DNA of 63,656 bases, filler included, from a bacterium (GTDB lineage: Bacteria; UBP15; UBA6099; JAJRTR01), in assembly GCA_024278215.1 (NCBI GenBank). It is 6 parts of 6 records of this genome, joined end to end, with 100 filler letters (N's around TTAATTAATTAA, not from the genome) between each part and the next. Parts side by side here need not be neighbours in the genome. Positions count along the whole stretch, not along the records: positions 1 to 16,059 come from JAJRTR010000131.1; 5 more parts are not named here. One strand, written 5' to 3'. The number at the start of each line of letters is the position of its first letter. The first letter of the stretch is position 1. The position numbers and the translations under genes are program-made. The notes below the pieces were generated by a model. It worked only from the letters and a program-made list of their open reading frames with translations, searched no databases and was not told where the DNA came from. This document shows positions 1-11,605 of this stretch, piece by piece.

Positions 1-110
1 AAGAGCTCTGAAACCACATCTTGATGTTACCGAAAATCAAGTATTTACACCCGTAATCGGTTCATTGCGCAGCTCGGGTTTACTACCCCGTCCGCTTGCG
101 GCGGGGTAGA

Positions 111-1646
111 TTATTTTGTGTTGCTGAAAAGGTATAATCTTCCTACAGGCCCTGCAAACGACGCGGGAGTAAAACTTTTCTCATATACAAACTCGAAATT
201 TTCGCGCATGTATTGCATCGTGCGTTCTTCCTGGTCCGGCTTTGTGACGGGGCCAAATCCGTAGAAAGCCCACACACGTCCGTCCTGTGCAACAGCATCG
301 TCCAGTTCCGCCAGTCTCGCGGCGCTCACCTGTGTGGTGTCCTGGAAGTTGTATTTCATGATGTCGAACTGTCCCGGTATTCCGAATGTTTTTAAAGGTT
401 TTTGAGCATAGTATTCGAAAAGTGAGGCCTGGTATGCAGGGTTTATAACAACGACATCGCCCTCGCGCCAATTGTCTTCTATATGGCTGATAATTGTCTT
501 ATTGTTTTCCGCTACAGGCAATCTGATGAAATGTGAGACAACACTGCAAAGCATAAGGATCACAAGGCCTGCCGCCGCGCCATATCTCAGATAGCAGGGG
601 GCAACCCATTTATTGCCGAAAAATGCAATCGCGACTCCTGCATAAAAAAGAGGCGAGAAAACACAGAAATACATTACTTGCAGCCGCAGCCCCAGAAACA
701 ACATCATAAAATATGGCAAAAAGAGTCCCATTCCAAGGTTGGAAACTACAAAGAACACTTCTTTGCGGCTCGGATACTTTGCTGACTGGTAAAAAATCAA
801 AACGTAAACAATCACTGCAAATACGGCAAAAACAATATGTGTTTCAAGCGAAAAGGAACCGAAAGAATAGGATTCGAGAATGTGCGGAACAGCGAAAAAT
901 GGAAGTGTTTTTAAATGTATTACGAGTTTGTCGACAGGAACAACCCCGATTTCGCCGCCCGCCTGTCCCATGAAAGCGAGCATCCATGGAATAAACGTCG
1001 CCGCCGCAACCGCCTGGGCCACCAGCCATGCGGCAAGCTGTTTCTTGTCTCTGCGATGCGCGACAATCACATACAGATTCGCACCGAGGATGAGAAAGCC
1101 ATAGAAATAATGCGTATAAAGCCCGAGGATAAAAACGAGGGCAAGCGGCGTGAGAAGACGATTGTCACGTTCCTGCGACCACCTCCAAAGCAGGTAATAT
1201 CCCACCGCGCCAAGAAGAATAAGAAGGGCTGGATACCTGTATATCTGGGCAAAATCGAGTTGGTATGCGGAAACAGCCGCAAGCGCCGCCGCAAAAATGC
1301 CCGATGTTCGTCCTGCAATGTGGCATGTGAAAAAATAAATTACTACGACCGCTGCGACACTCAGTAGCAGGCACAGAAGGCGAAGTTCCCATTCTGCACT
1401 CGCCCAGCTCTGCCAGAAATGAAATAAAAACACAGGCAGCGGAGGGTTCGACTCCGATGCCGCGCCGGCAATTATGCCGCTGATATTGTGGCTTGCCAGC
1501 AGACGACTGAACGCCTCGTCGATATAAAAAGTGCGTTCCTGAAGAAATGGAATCCGCATCAGGACGGAGGCAGCGCCAATGATAAGTGCATCAATGAACC
1601 GCCAACCGAGGCTTATGCTTCTTCCCTGTGGTTGATTATCAGACAC
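111..1646 (-). CDS. GT-C fold membrane glycosyltransferase (family 39 / PMT-like)
   Basis: 511 aa with many TM helices, N-terminal 'YIDEAFS' and 'ESNPPL' motifs typical of GT39-like proteins, soluble C-terminal domain. Confidence 0.75.
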   Translation of the reverse strand: MSDNQPQGRSISLGWRFIDALIIGAASVLMRIPFLQERTFYIDEAFSRLLASHNISGIIAGAASESNPPLPVFLFHFWQSWASAEWELRLLCLLLSVAAVVVIYFFTCHIAGRTSGIFAAALAAVSAYQLDFAQIYRYPALLILLGAVGYYLLWRWSQERDNRLLTPLALVFILGLYTHYFYGFLILGANLYVIVAHRRDKKQLAAWLVAQAVAAATFIPWMLAFMGQAGGEIGVVPVDKLVIHLKTLPFFAVPHILESYSFGSFSLETHIVFAVFAVIVYVLIFYQSAKYPSRKEVFFVVSNLGMGLFLPYFMMLFLGLRLQVMYFCVFSPLFYAGVAIAFFGNKWVAPCYLRYGAAAGLVILMLCSVVSHFIRLPVAENNKTIISHIEDNWREGDVVVINPAYQASLFEYYAQKPLKTFGIPGQFDIMKYNFQDTTQVSAARLAELDDAVAQDGRVWAFYGFGPVTKPDQEERTMQYMRENFEFVYEKSFTPASFAGPVGRLYLFSNTK

Positions 1647-1741
1647 CTGATTATTGTATCATAATTATCAGCTTGCATACGTCCACGGAATATTTACATA
1701 CTGCAATAGAGACGAGCTTTATATCAGCACAAACGATTATT

Positions 1742-2191
1742 TTACCTTTTTGCCTTTAATTCCTGCTCGAAGTTCTCGATAAAGTCGACCAGCAGCCCGG
1801 CAGTTGTTTCCGTGAGGCTGCGACAGTGCTCGTAGCGTTTCACGATTTTATCTTTGCCTATCATTTCGCCGCAGTTGGAGGAACCGAATTCCTTAACAAA
1901 TCTCTTTCTGAACAATCGTACCGCCCGTTGCGAAACATGCTCCGAACCGTGCCGATTATCGCGACCATACAGAAGACTCAGCACGATCACAGCGCCCGAT
2001 AATGCGCCGCACGCTTCGCGCATGCAGCCCATTCCATGCCCGAACGCTGTTGCCACTCTCGGAGCGTCAGGCACAAGGTCTTCGTCTATGACATCGTTAG
2101 CCGTAAGCACTATCGACTCTGCGCAATTATAACCTCGACCGTAGTATGTGTCCGCCCTCATCCTTGCTTTATCTTTGTTCAGTTTTTTCAT
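1742..2191 (-). CDS. C_GCAxxG_C_C family putative redox protein
   Basis: Motifs YNCAES, FGHGMG..EACGALSG, FGSSNC, C-terminal C; start moved to ATG at 2191 behind a CAGGA-type RBS. Confidence 0.85.
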   Translation of the reverse strand: MKKLNKDKARMRADTYYGRGYNCAESIVLTANDVIDEDLVPDAPRVATAFGHGMGCMREACGALSGAVIVLSLLYGRDNRHGSEHVSQRAVRLFRKRFVKEFGSSNCGEMIGKDKIVKRYEHCRSLTETTAGLLVDFIENFEQELKAKR

Positions 2192-2220
2192 TGTATGATT
2201 TCCTGCCTGGTTTGTTTTAT

Positions 2221-2346
2221 GTATCTGTTCACGGGTAACTGTTCGCAATGGAACATCTGAAATTTCTGGGTTGTCATTCCGGGCGAAGCAGATAATCTCC
2301 AGGTGTATAACGCATTATTTCCAATGCTACCCCCGTGAACAATTAC
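2221..2346. mobile_element. MITE-like element with 15-bp imperfect terminal inverted repeats
   Basis: GTATCTGTTCACGGG at 2221 vs CCCGTGAACAATTAC at 2332-2346 (13/15); flanked by near-identical TGTTTTAT / GTTTTTAT. Confidence 0.5.
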
Positions 2347-2603
2347 GTTTTTATTATAAATCATCGTAGGCAATGAAAACATATATTGCCCTTAATAATC
2401 CCGCCCCACAGGCACTTGGGGCTCGTCCGTAAACGGCATAATGTTGTCGCCAAAAACTATGCGGTGGAAGCCGGAGTTTTTCACATTATGTTTTTTCTTA
2501 AGCAGGCGACACGAAGCTGGCTCTTCGCAACGATAATAAATATGCGGGCCGATCCGGATCGCAATATCATGTTGCATTGTGCTATCATGAATAGATAGTA
2601 AAG

Positions 2604-2632
2604 AAAAAAAAGAGCTCTTGCGAGCTCTTTTT
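2604..2632 (-). terminator. Rho-independent terminator of groESL
   Basis: AGAGCTC-TTGC-GAGCTCT hairpin with A/T tracts about 30 bp past the groEL stop. Confidence 0.8.
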
Positions 2633-2662
2633 GATTTGTCTGAAACTGATGTGTGGCAGGGC

Positions 2663-4641
<1,979 letters not shown>

Positions 4642-4693
4642 AAGTGTCTTCCTCCTTTCAATGCTTATGTTTTTACTCTTGTTTACCCTTTGA

Positions 4694-4720
4694 TTAGCAA
4701 TCAGGTCTTCCAAGTGCTAA
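4694..4720 (-). promoter_or_regulatory. CIRCE element (HrcA operator)
   Basis: Minus strand TTAGCACTT-N9-GATTGCTAA vs consensus TTAGCACTC-N9-GAGTGCTAA, upstream of groES. Confidence 0.9.
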
Positions 4721-4905
4721 TATTCTAACACAAAATCAAAAAAAATCAAGCATCGCAAAAGACTATATTCATTTATTATTGTGCTTATTGTGGTATTAAT
4801 CAGAGATTAAGTCTTTATTTTATGTATTTTCAGTAAATTTCAAGGAAATACGTTGAATATCAGATTAGTTGACAGTATAGCGATAAGGAATTATTAAAAA
4901 TATTG

Positions 4906-5736
4906 TCATAATGGGTAGTGGCGAGACAGAAAATCAAGGATCAGCGGATTGACCAGATGTGGTTTCAGCATCTTGCCCATGTGGTTCATCGGGCGTATGT
5001 GAACTTCGGAATCCGGGATCAATTCGCCCATCCTTATCGACTGTCGAGCGGGAGCCAAAAGGTCGAATGTGCCGCCGATTATCAGTGTGGGCACTTTTAT
5101 TGAAGGTAGACGATCACTGATGTCGTGGCGTACGATTTCTTCGAGTTCGGCGCGTGCCACCTTGGAGCGTGTACGCTGGATGTCCATTATCCATGCGCGT
5201 GTTTTTGCCGGTTCTGTTCCATATATTGCAGAAGCCAGCCATGCGAAGGAATTCATAAGTGAGCGCGAGATGAGCTTCGCCGGCGTGCTGAATCCTATCT
5301 CGACAAATGGCGCTGCATTTTCCCATATAAGTTTTCTAAGCGGTGTGTCGCACATCTTGTAGCCGGTTTGCAGAAGAACCATGCACGAGTAAAGTTCGGG
5401 ATACTTGAAGTAGGTAGCCATAGCGATAGCGCCGCCCGCGCTGTGCCCGATGATCGCGGCCGGCTCGTCGGCGAGTCCGGTTTGCTCGCAGATTTCTTTT
5501 GTGAAGTCCGCCATGGCGTCCATATCGACATCGTCGTTTCTTTTACTGGAACGTCCGTGGCCTGCGCTGTCGATTGTGATGACACGGTAACCCTCGTGCA
5601 CCAGGGCTTCTACCTGTTCGCTCCAGAGGTTGCCCGTCGCGCACCAGCCGTGCAGCAGCAGCACACCGCGTCCGTCTGCCGGGCCGTGCGCTGTATAATA
5701 GATGCGTTGACCGCTGCTCAGATATAGCCAGCCCAT
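4906..5736 (-). CDS. Alpha/beta fold hydrolase
   Basis: LLHGW, GHGRS, GHSAGG nucleophile elbow, late D and H. Confidence 0.9.
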   Translation of the reverse strand: MGWLYLSSGQRIYYTAHGPADGRGVLLLHGWCATGNLWSEQVEALVHEGYRVITIDSAGHGRSSKRNDDVDMDAMADFTKEICEQTGLADEPAAIIGHSAGGAIAMATYFKYPELYSCMVLLQTGYKMCDTPLRKLIWENAAPFVEIGFSTPAKLISRSLMNSFAWLASAIYGTEPAKTRAWIMDIQRTRSKVARAELEEIVRHDISDRLPSIKVPTLIIGGTFDLLAPARQSIRMGELIPDSEVHIRPMNHMGKMLKPHLVNPLILDFLSRHYPL

Positions 5737-5764
5737 AATGTGGTTCTCTTTTCCCAGTCTTATT

Positions 5765-5943
5765 GAGCCAATTGCAAAATTATGTTCGTAGCGAGGTCGA
5801 GCGAAATTGTTCAGAGCAAGGCGGAGGTGTAAAATCCTCGCAGGCGTACTTTGTAGAGTACGTCGAGGACGATTTTATGCCGACAACGCCGCTATGGACA
5901 ATAGCAGCCGACCGCACCAGAATCAGAGTTTTGCAATTGGCTC
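5765..5943. mobile_element. MITE family A (about 178 bp), full copy
   Basis: TIR GAGCCAATTGCAAAA...TTTTGCAATTGGCTC; TTATT on both flanks; many near-identical copies in the window. Confidence 0.85.
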
Positions 5944-6792
5944 TTATTATGTAGATTCTATCATGTTGGCTATGAAAAGAAAAATGCAAAACGTTCAATC
6001 GTTCATGGGATGGCATTAGTGAAATAATATGCGGAATATTTTTTAAAATTAGTGATTCATATCACATAATGCAGGGTAATAAAGAAAAAAGGGCGAGACG
6101 GCCGGATCGACCTTGACAGTCCGGCCGCCTCATTCCCAGTCGATTTGATGTTAGTGAAAACCCTCCGATACAAAAGACAGGACTGCCCGACTTATGGACA
6201 TGCCGGGCAGTCCCTTTTCCAAGGAAGTTTCTCTTGCGCACCTGCTGTTCCTGCGGTTGTATGTATTATGTATCATTGGTTTTTTTCTGATATTTAACAA
6301 AGCCGATTGAATATCATTGATAAATTCTTCGAGGACACGATCAGGAATTGAAATTCAATTCCGGTCATGTCCCAAGAAGCTCCCGATATAAGAGCCGTAC
6401 GTCCCATTTTCCCCATGTACTGCCGATATTTTATGATTGCGCTTCGAAGACCCACTAATCCCTATATATAGGATCCACATTTTTGTGCTATTTGCATAGT
6501 CGGTAATCATCGACAATGATTGTGGTCGAATCCACTATTTAATGTAGTTAAATTACTTACGTTGTGAAAAATGCCTTCAAACAATGGGATATTTCACCGG
6601 CAACGCACAGGTGCCACCAGCGTCGGCTGTGCGATAAGACATCGCTTTTTCAATCAGCCGGCGTTTCACCGGTGCGGGCCGAACACCTTTGCAATGCCTG
6701 GCGCTTGAACTATTCTCATATCTCAATTAACATTGGAATCCTTGACCGGGCGCATTTCAGACCGGGCGACAATCCGCAATGGACGGTAAATT

Positions 6793-8589
6793 ATGGATAC
6801 AACATTTTTCAGTGAGAACAATATCGAATTTGATGAATTGCAGCACTCGGAGATAAAAGGTGCGGGTGTCACGGGTGCGGCCCAGGTGCTCAACTGCCCG
6901 ATGTCCTATATTGTTACAACAAATCTTTTCGAGGCCGCCGGAGAAATTATTTGCGCAGTCACAGGCGGCGGTGCGCGGCCCGCGCCGGAAGCGGTCGCGA
7001 AGGCAGCCGGCACGGATTCCGCGGCATATATCGAACCCGCGCGCGCCGAGGAACTCACAGGGCTCGGCAAGTTCGATATCAGTCCCCTGACATTGTGGAA
7101 GAAGCATAAACTTATCTGGGACAGGCAACTGCTGGATTATCCATACATAATATTCGCGCGGGGCGGCGAGACCACTTCTCTCAGGGTGGACACACGCGGT
7201 TTCATCCGGGCGGGTGTGATGTCGGCGGATATATCGGGAGCGGCGACAGGAGAAAAAACATCAGCTTACGGCGTTCTGCTGCGTCGCGGATTCATTGACA
7301 GGATCACGGACGAGGCGCTTTGTGAAAAAGTGATGTCCGACACTGAGACAAGCGGATATATCGGGTTCGACCCGACGGCGGACAGTCTGCACGTGGGCAG
7401 CCTTGTGCCGATCATGGCGCTTGCGCACTTGCAGAAGGCCGGGTTGCGCCCGATAGCGCTTGTGGGCGGAGGCACAGCGCTTGTGGGCGATCCCAGCGGC
7501 AAGACGGAACTGCGCAAGATGCTGACCCGTGCACAGGTGGACAGCAACGCGAAAGGTATCGAAAACCAGCTTTCCAATTACATCGATTTCTCCGGCGGAA
7601 ATGCGAAACTTGTGAACAATGCGGACTGGCTTGCGGACTTGACATACATTGATTTCCTGCGTGAAGTAGGTGTTCATTTCTCGGTCAACCGGATGATAAA
7701 AGCCGAGTGTTTCGCCAGCAGGATGGAGAAAGGGCTTTCTTTCATCGAGTTCAACTATATGCTTATGCAGGCTTATGATTTTGTACATCTCGCGGAAGAA
7801 CTCAACTGTCTTGTGCAGATGGGCGGCAGCGACCAGTGGGGCAATATTTGCGCCGGCAAAGACCTCGGACATCGTGTGCATGGCCGCACGATATTCGGTC
7901 GTGAAGCAAAACGCTGCGACCATACGGTGGGCGTGACTTTCCCCCTGTTGAAAAACGCGGCGGGCGGCAAGTTCGGCAAAACCGAAGGCGGCAATGTATG
8001 GCTCGACAAAAACCGCACTTCGATCTTCGACTTTTTCCAGTTCTGGCGAAACGCCGACGACACCGATGTGCGCCGGTTCCTCTCGCTGTTCACTTTCATA
8101 CCGATGGAAGATGTCCGTGAACTTTCCTCGCACGATCCCGGACCGGAACTGAACGAGGCGAAAGAGATACTTGCGTTTGCGGCGACATCGCTTGCGCATG
8201 GAGTCGACCAGGCGTTCGCGGCGGCGGCGACCGCGAAGGAGCTCTTCGGCGGCTACGGAGCGGGATTCATCGAAAAAATCGTGGCGCTCGGGCTGGCAGA
8301 TAAAAACAAGGCGGATGAATTCAAAAACACCGAGAAAGCGAAAATTCCTGAAATAGAGTTGAGGGCGAACGCGCTCGCCGGAGACGGCTATCCCGTGTCG
8401 AAAGCACTGAACGAATTGGGACTGGTTTCGTCTAACGGCGAAGCTAAAAGGATGATCAGGCAGAACGCCGTCACAGTCGATGGAGAAAAGGTTTCCTCTC
8501 CCGGCACCATGCTGCCTGCCGCACCGGCCGGTGCGGAAATCGGAATCCGCGTCGGCAAGAAAAAGCACGGCATTGTGAAAGTAATATAG
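6793..8589 (+). CDS. tyrS: Tyrosine--tRNA ligase with N-terminal YbaK/ProX-like domain
   Basis: GFDPTADSLHVGS (HIGH), QMGGSDQWGNI, KFGKT (KMSKS), C-terminal S4 domain; extra ~140 aa N-terminal domain. Confidence 0.95.
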   Translation: MDTTFFSENNIEFDELQHSEIKGAGVTGAAQVLNCPMSYIVTTNLFEAAGEIICAVTGGGARPAPEAVAKAAGTDSAAYIEPARAEELTGLGKFDISPLTLWKKHKLIWDRQLLDYPYIIFARGGETTSLRVDTRGFIRAGVMSADISGAATGEKTSAYGVLLRRGFIDRITDEALCEKVMSDTETSGYIGFDPTADSLHVGSLVPIMALAHLQKAGLRPIALVGGGTALVGDPSGKTELRKMLTRAQVDSNAKGIENQLSNYIDFSGGNAKLVNNADWLADLTYIDFLREVGVHFSVNRMIKAECFASRMEKGLSFIEFNYMLMQAYDFVHLAEELNCLVQMGGSDQWGNICAGKDLGHRVHGRTIFGREAKRCDHTVGVTFPLLKNAAGGKFGKTEGGNVWLDKNRTSIFDFFQFWRNADDTDVRRFLSLFTFIPMEDVRELSSHDPGPELNEAKEILAFAATSLAHGVDQAFAAAATAKELFGGYGAGFIEKIVALGLADKNKADEFKNTEKAKIPEIELRANALAGDGYPVSKALNELGLVSSNGEAKRMIRQNAVTVDGEKVSSPGTMLPAAPAGAEIGIRVGKKKHGIVKVI

Positions 8590-8639
8590 AAATACAACCT
8601 GCCATGAACCGGATATAATATTCATAAAGCACGCAGTTT

Positions 8640-9149
8640 TTGCAGGAGGATGAACTTACCTTGAAAATAGAAGACAGCACGAAAGCAGAATACTACAAGC
8701 GGGTTTATGAATCGATAGACGGACTCTGGTTCCTGATGGTCGAAGCGGACAAGGATTTCGATCATGCGCTGGAGATAGACAGGCGTGTGTGGCAGATTGT
8801 GCCGAAGATACAGGCTCGAAAAATACGTGAACTGCTCGATATTGAAGGCAGGGGTGCTGAGGCCCTCGCGCAGGCGCTGGAAGCGAAGTTCCTCATGGAC
8901 GGCGCGAATGCTGAAATAAGCATTGAAAACAAATCGTTGACAATAAGCATTAAGACCTGTCCGTGGTACGCACTGATGAAAGGTTCGGGACGTGAACCGC
9001 TCGCAGAAAAAGTGGGTACTGTGATATGCGGTACTGAATATCCGGTGTGGCAGAAAGAGTTCGGAGTTGAAGGCGACTTTGTCATAGACGAATTGCAGTG
9101 CGGCGGTGCGCCGGTTTGCCGTATGAGATTCGATCTTCACGAGTTGTAA
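8640..9149 (+). CDS. DUF6125-like protein (V4R/ATC-hydrolase-like, Cys-containing)
   Basis: IDGLWF motif, CPW..C..C..C pattern. Confidence 0.65.
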   Translation: MQEDELTLKIEDSTKAEYYKRVYESIDGLWFLMVEADKDFDHALEIDRRVWQIVPKIQARKIRELLDIEGRGAEALAQALEAKFLMDGANAEISIENKSLTISIKTCPWYALMKGSGREPLAEKVGTVICGTEYPVWQKEFGVEGDFVIDELQCGGAPVCRMRFDLHEL

Positions 9150-9239
9150 TATATCATGTCGATACTATCGTTCAGAACGTATTGACGACAGCAGAAGCTG
9201 TTGATTATCTTTCATAACCAGGAGCGGGAAAAAACAGCA

Positions 9240-10184
9240 ATGGGTTATAATGGAATAATTAGTACGAAGTATCGCATAGTCGGTGTCGGTGGCTGCGGAT
9301 GTAATTGCCTGAACTGGATACAGGAACGCGAGCAGATAGATTCCGGCTATGTAGTGATCGACAGCGATACCGTGGCGCTTGATAAATCACCCGTAAGGCG
9401 AAAACTGCGAATAGATTATACAGCACACGGGAAATCCGTCGCGGATAAAATGGCAGCCGTCAGCCTGGCGGCAACCGAGATGAAAGATAGGATAAGATCA
9501 TCGGTCGCCGGTAATGATTTTGTTTTTCTACTCGCGGGCATGGGCGGCGTGACCGGTACATCCGCAGCACCCGCCGCAGCGCTTGCCGCTTCTGAAGCCG
9601 GCGCTGTTTCTGTCGCTCTTGTTACAATGCCGTTTACATTCGAAGGTAAAAAAACGCGTGCGTTCGCGGAACTCGGACTGGACAATCTCGGACAATATGC
9701 CGACACGGTATTCTGCGTGGAAAACGACGCGCTTCTCAGATATCTGGGCTCCGACAGGAATATGAACATGGTTGCCGAAGCGGGCTATGTTTTTTTCTAT
9801 GAAGCCATTCTTACGCTTATGGATACAGTAAATACGCGTGGAGAACTCAATGTATCACTGATAGATGTAAAGAACATTCTGTCAGGGCACAGGCTCGGAA
9901 TCATCGGCATGGGAGAAAGCACAGGCGGCAATTTTCCCACAAGCAAGGCCATGACGGAGGCGCTCGACGGCTATTTTCTGAAAGATAATCTTGAACAGGC
10001 TGCATCAATTCTTGTCGTCATCAGGGGTGCGGATGGCCCTCTCTACGAAGTAAATACCGCAATGGGACTTGTAAACGACAGGATCGGCGATGGTACGCTG
10101 GTCTTCAACCATGTCATTAGCGATTCTTCTTTCATGAATTCAGTCAGGGTTGTTATTTTCGCAGTATATCAATGCCTTGCATGA
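9240..10184 (+). CDS. Divergent FtsZ/tubulin-like GTPase paralogue
   Basis: VGVGGCGCN, AGMGGVTGTSAAP, PFTFEG, ENDALL; no C-terminal linker or core peptide. Confidence 0.85.
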   Translation: MGYNGIISTKYRIVGVGGCGCNCLNWIQEREQIDSGYVVIDSDTVALDKSPVRRKLRIDYTAHGKSVADKMAAVSLAATEMKDRIRSSVAGNDFVFLLAGMGGVTGTSAAPAAALAASEAGAVSVALVTMPFTFEGKKTRAFAELGLDNLGQYADTVFCVENDALLRYLGSDRNMNMVAEAGYVFFYEAILTLMDTVNTRGELNVSLIDVKNILSGHRLGIIGMGESTGGNFPTSKAMTEALDGYFLKDNLEQAASILVVIRGADGPLYEVNTAMGLVNDRIGDGTLVFNHVISDSSFMNSVRVVIFAVYQCLA

Positions 10185-10223
10185 TTAGCCCAATACAGCT
10201 TATTCAAACAAAAACTACTTGAA

Positions 10224-10271
10224 TTTGGAGTGCGACAATTTATTGTCGCTTTCGCGGCCCTGCACTCCAAA
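10224..10271. repeat. REP-like palindrome
   Basis: TTTGGAGTGC...GCACTCCAAA arms with an internal GCGACAAT/ATTGTCGC hairpin. Confidence 0.6.
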
Positions 10272-10374
10272 GTGCTTCGTGCTCTCTAATGTAAGCAGTA
10301 TTGAGCATAGTGTCATGTCACACTTGTAAATGCGCAAGATGTGCAGGGCGGGGGCACCGTACCCCGCCTAACCC

Positions 10375-10465
10375 CAGTACCGTTCAAATACGGGCAGGGA
10401 AACAATAAAAACGCTGATAAACACTGGCGTTATTTGGCACATTAGGTCTTAACTGAACGGTATTG
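10375..10465. mobile_element. Nested mini element with IS4-like ends
   Basis: CAGTACCGTTCA...TGAACGGTATTG inverted ends, flanked by 10-bp direct repeat CGCCTAACCC/CGCCCAACCC. Confidence 0.6.
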
Positions 10466-10470
10466 CGCCC

Positions 10471-10501
10471 AACCCGGCTTTCTTTGTGAGAAATTCGGGT
10501 T
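10471..10501. repeat. REP-like palindrome family D (also 19714-19743, 52121-52149, 52276-52302, 59610-59635)
   Basis: CCGG(A/C)TTTCT(T)TGTGAGAAAT(C/T)CGG-type hairpin recurring five times in either orientation. Confidence 0.7.
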
Positions 10502-10591
10502 GATTCCGGATCGTGTTTTCTTGAAATTCTGCACATGTTTCAAAAACGCACAAGTTCTGTTGACATGACACTATCCATTTCACCAATGCAG

Positions 10592-11605
10592 CTAAAAGTT
10601 GATTCTCTTCAATAGTGTCATGAACTCTTTCTTGTTCATGGGTTTTTCCTGGTGGGACGTGTATGTTTTCACCTGCGGCTCGAACTGTCCGGGATAAGAA
10701 TATTCGCGCTCGAAAAGGTCGCGCACCTGCGGCAGGAGTATAAACATGTCTTCTGTTTCCACGGCGCGTGTAACCTCTTCCTCGGTCATCAGTTCCTCGT
10801 AGATTTTTTCACCCGGCTGTGCGCCAATGGTTCTGATCTCGATCTCATCGCGCTTTGCAGGGTCAGCGTACATATCAAGCATAATATCTACGAGGCCGGT
10901 CATTTTTATAACCGGCATTTTTGGTATGAAAATCTCGCCGCCTTTAGCAAGTCTTGTGGATTTAAAAACGAAATCGAGTGCTTCTTTCACAGTCATAACG
11001 AAGCGAGTCATTTCCGGATCGGTGAGAGTGATGGGGCCACCGTTTTCGATCTGCCTGCGAAAGACCGGCAGCACAGACCCGCGTGAGCCGAGCAGATTCC
11101 CGAACCTTACGGATGAAAAGATCGTTTTGCTTTTACCTTTATAATAGTTGGCTGCTGTGAAGAGCCGTTCGGCGAAAAGTTTAGAGACACCCATTGTGTT
11201 GCAGGGGTTTGTCGCTTTGTCGGAGCTGGTAAGCATCACCTTGCCGGCGCCGGCTTCCATAGCGGTTTCTATAATGTTGCGTGTTCCGTCGATGTTGGTC
11301 TTCAACGCTTCGAACGGATTATATTCGCAAGCGATAACATGTTTCATAGCTGCGGTGTGAAAGACGATGTCGACATCTTTCATCGCGTGCATGAGCCTTT
11401 CCTTATCACGCACGTCACCGATAAGAAACCTGACATTCCTGTGTTCCCACAGTTCTTTCTGCATATCGAATTGCTTGGATTCGTCGCGGCTGAATATGCG
11501 AATCGTTTTCGGCTCGTAATCGAGCAGAGCCCTTACAATAGTGCCGCCGACCGTTCCTGTGCCGCCGGTGATAAGGATAACTTTTCCTTTAAACAAATTC
11601 TTCAT
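10592..11605 (-). CDS. UDP-GlcNAc 4,6-dehydratase family (PseB/CapD-like, Polysacc_synt_2)
   Basis: ITGGTGTVG, AAMKHV..CEYNP, SSDKA, RFGNLLGSRGSV, PGEKIYE. Confidence 0.9.
   Translation of the reverse strand: MKNLFKGKVILITGGTGTVGGTIVRALLDYEPKTIRIFSRDESKQFDMQKELWEHRNVRFLIGDVRDKERLMHAMKDVDIVFHTAAMKHVIACEYNPFEALKTNIDGTRNIIETAMEAGAGKVMLTSSDKATNPCNTMGVSKLFAERLFTAANYYKGKSKTIFSSVRFGNLLGSRGSVLPVFRRQIENGGPITLTDPEMTRFVMTVKEALDFVFKSTRLAKGGEIFIPKMPVIKMTGLVDIMLDMYADPAKRDEIEIRTIGAQPGEKIYEELMTEEEVTRAVETEDMFILLPQVRDLFEREYSYPGQFEPQVKTYTSHQEKPMNKKEFMTLLKRINF

Larger units (their letters stand above)
10308..10573. mobile_element. MITE family C (composite, contains nested elements)
   Basis: TIR TAGTGTCATGTCA (10308) / TGACATGACACTA (10561-10573); segments shared with 17522-17715 and 49100-49381. 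Confidence 0.7.

Noticed and set aside
85-110. CTACCCCG..CGGGGTAG hairpin at the window start
   Set aside because: Single copy here; cannot distinguish terminator from REP or IS end
5763-6019. Recurrent short ORFs such as MSQLQNYVR.. and MFVARS.. (also 41106, 49408, 59645, 62093)
   Set aside because: They are translations of MITE family A with inconsistent frames and lengths between copies
6400-6792. T-box riboswitch expected upstream of tyrS
   Set aside because: No GGTGGNACCGCG T-box sequence or adjoining terminator found
7261-8625. Long antisense ORFs (454 aa here; also 49627-50748, 62746-63522, 18720-19586)
   Set aside because: Shadows of well-supported genes on the opposite strand in GC-rich coding DNA
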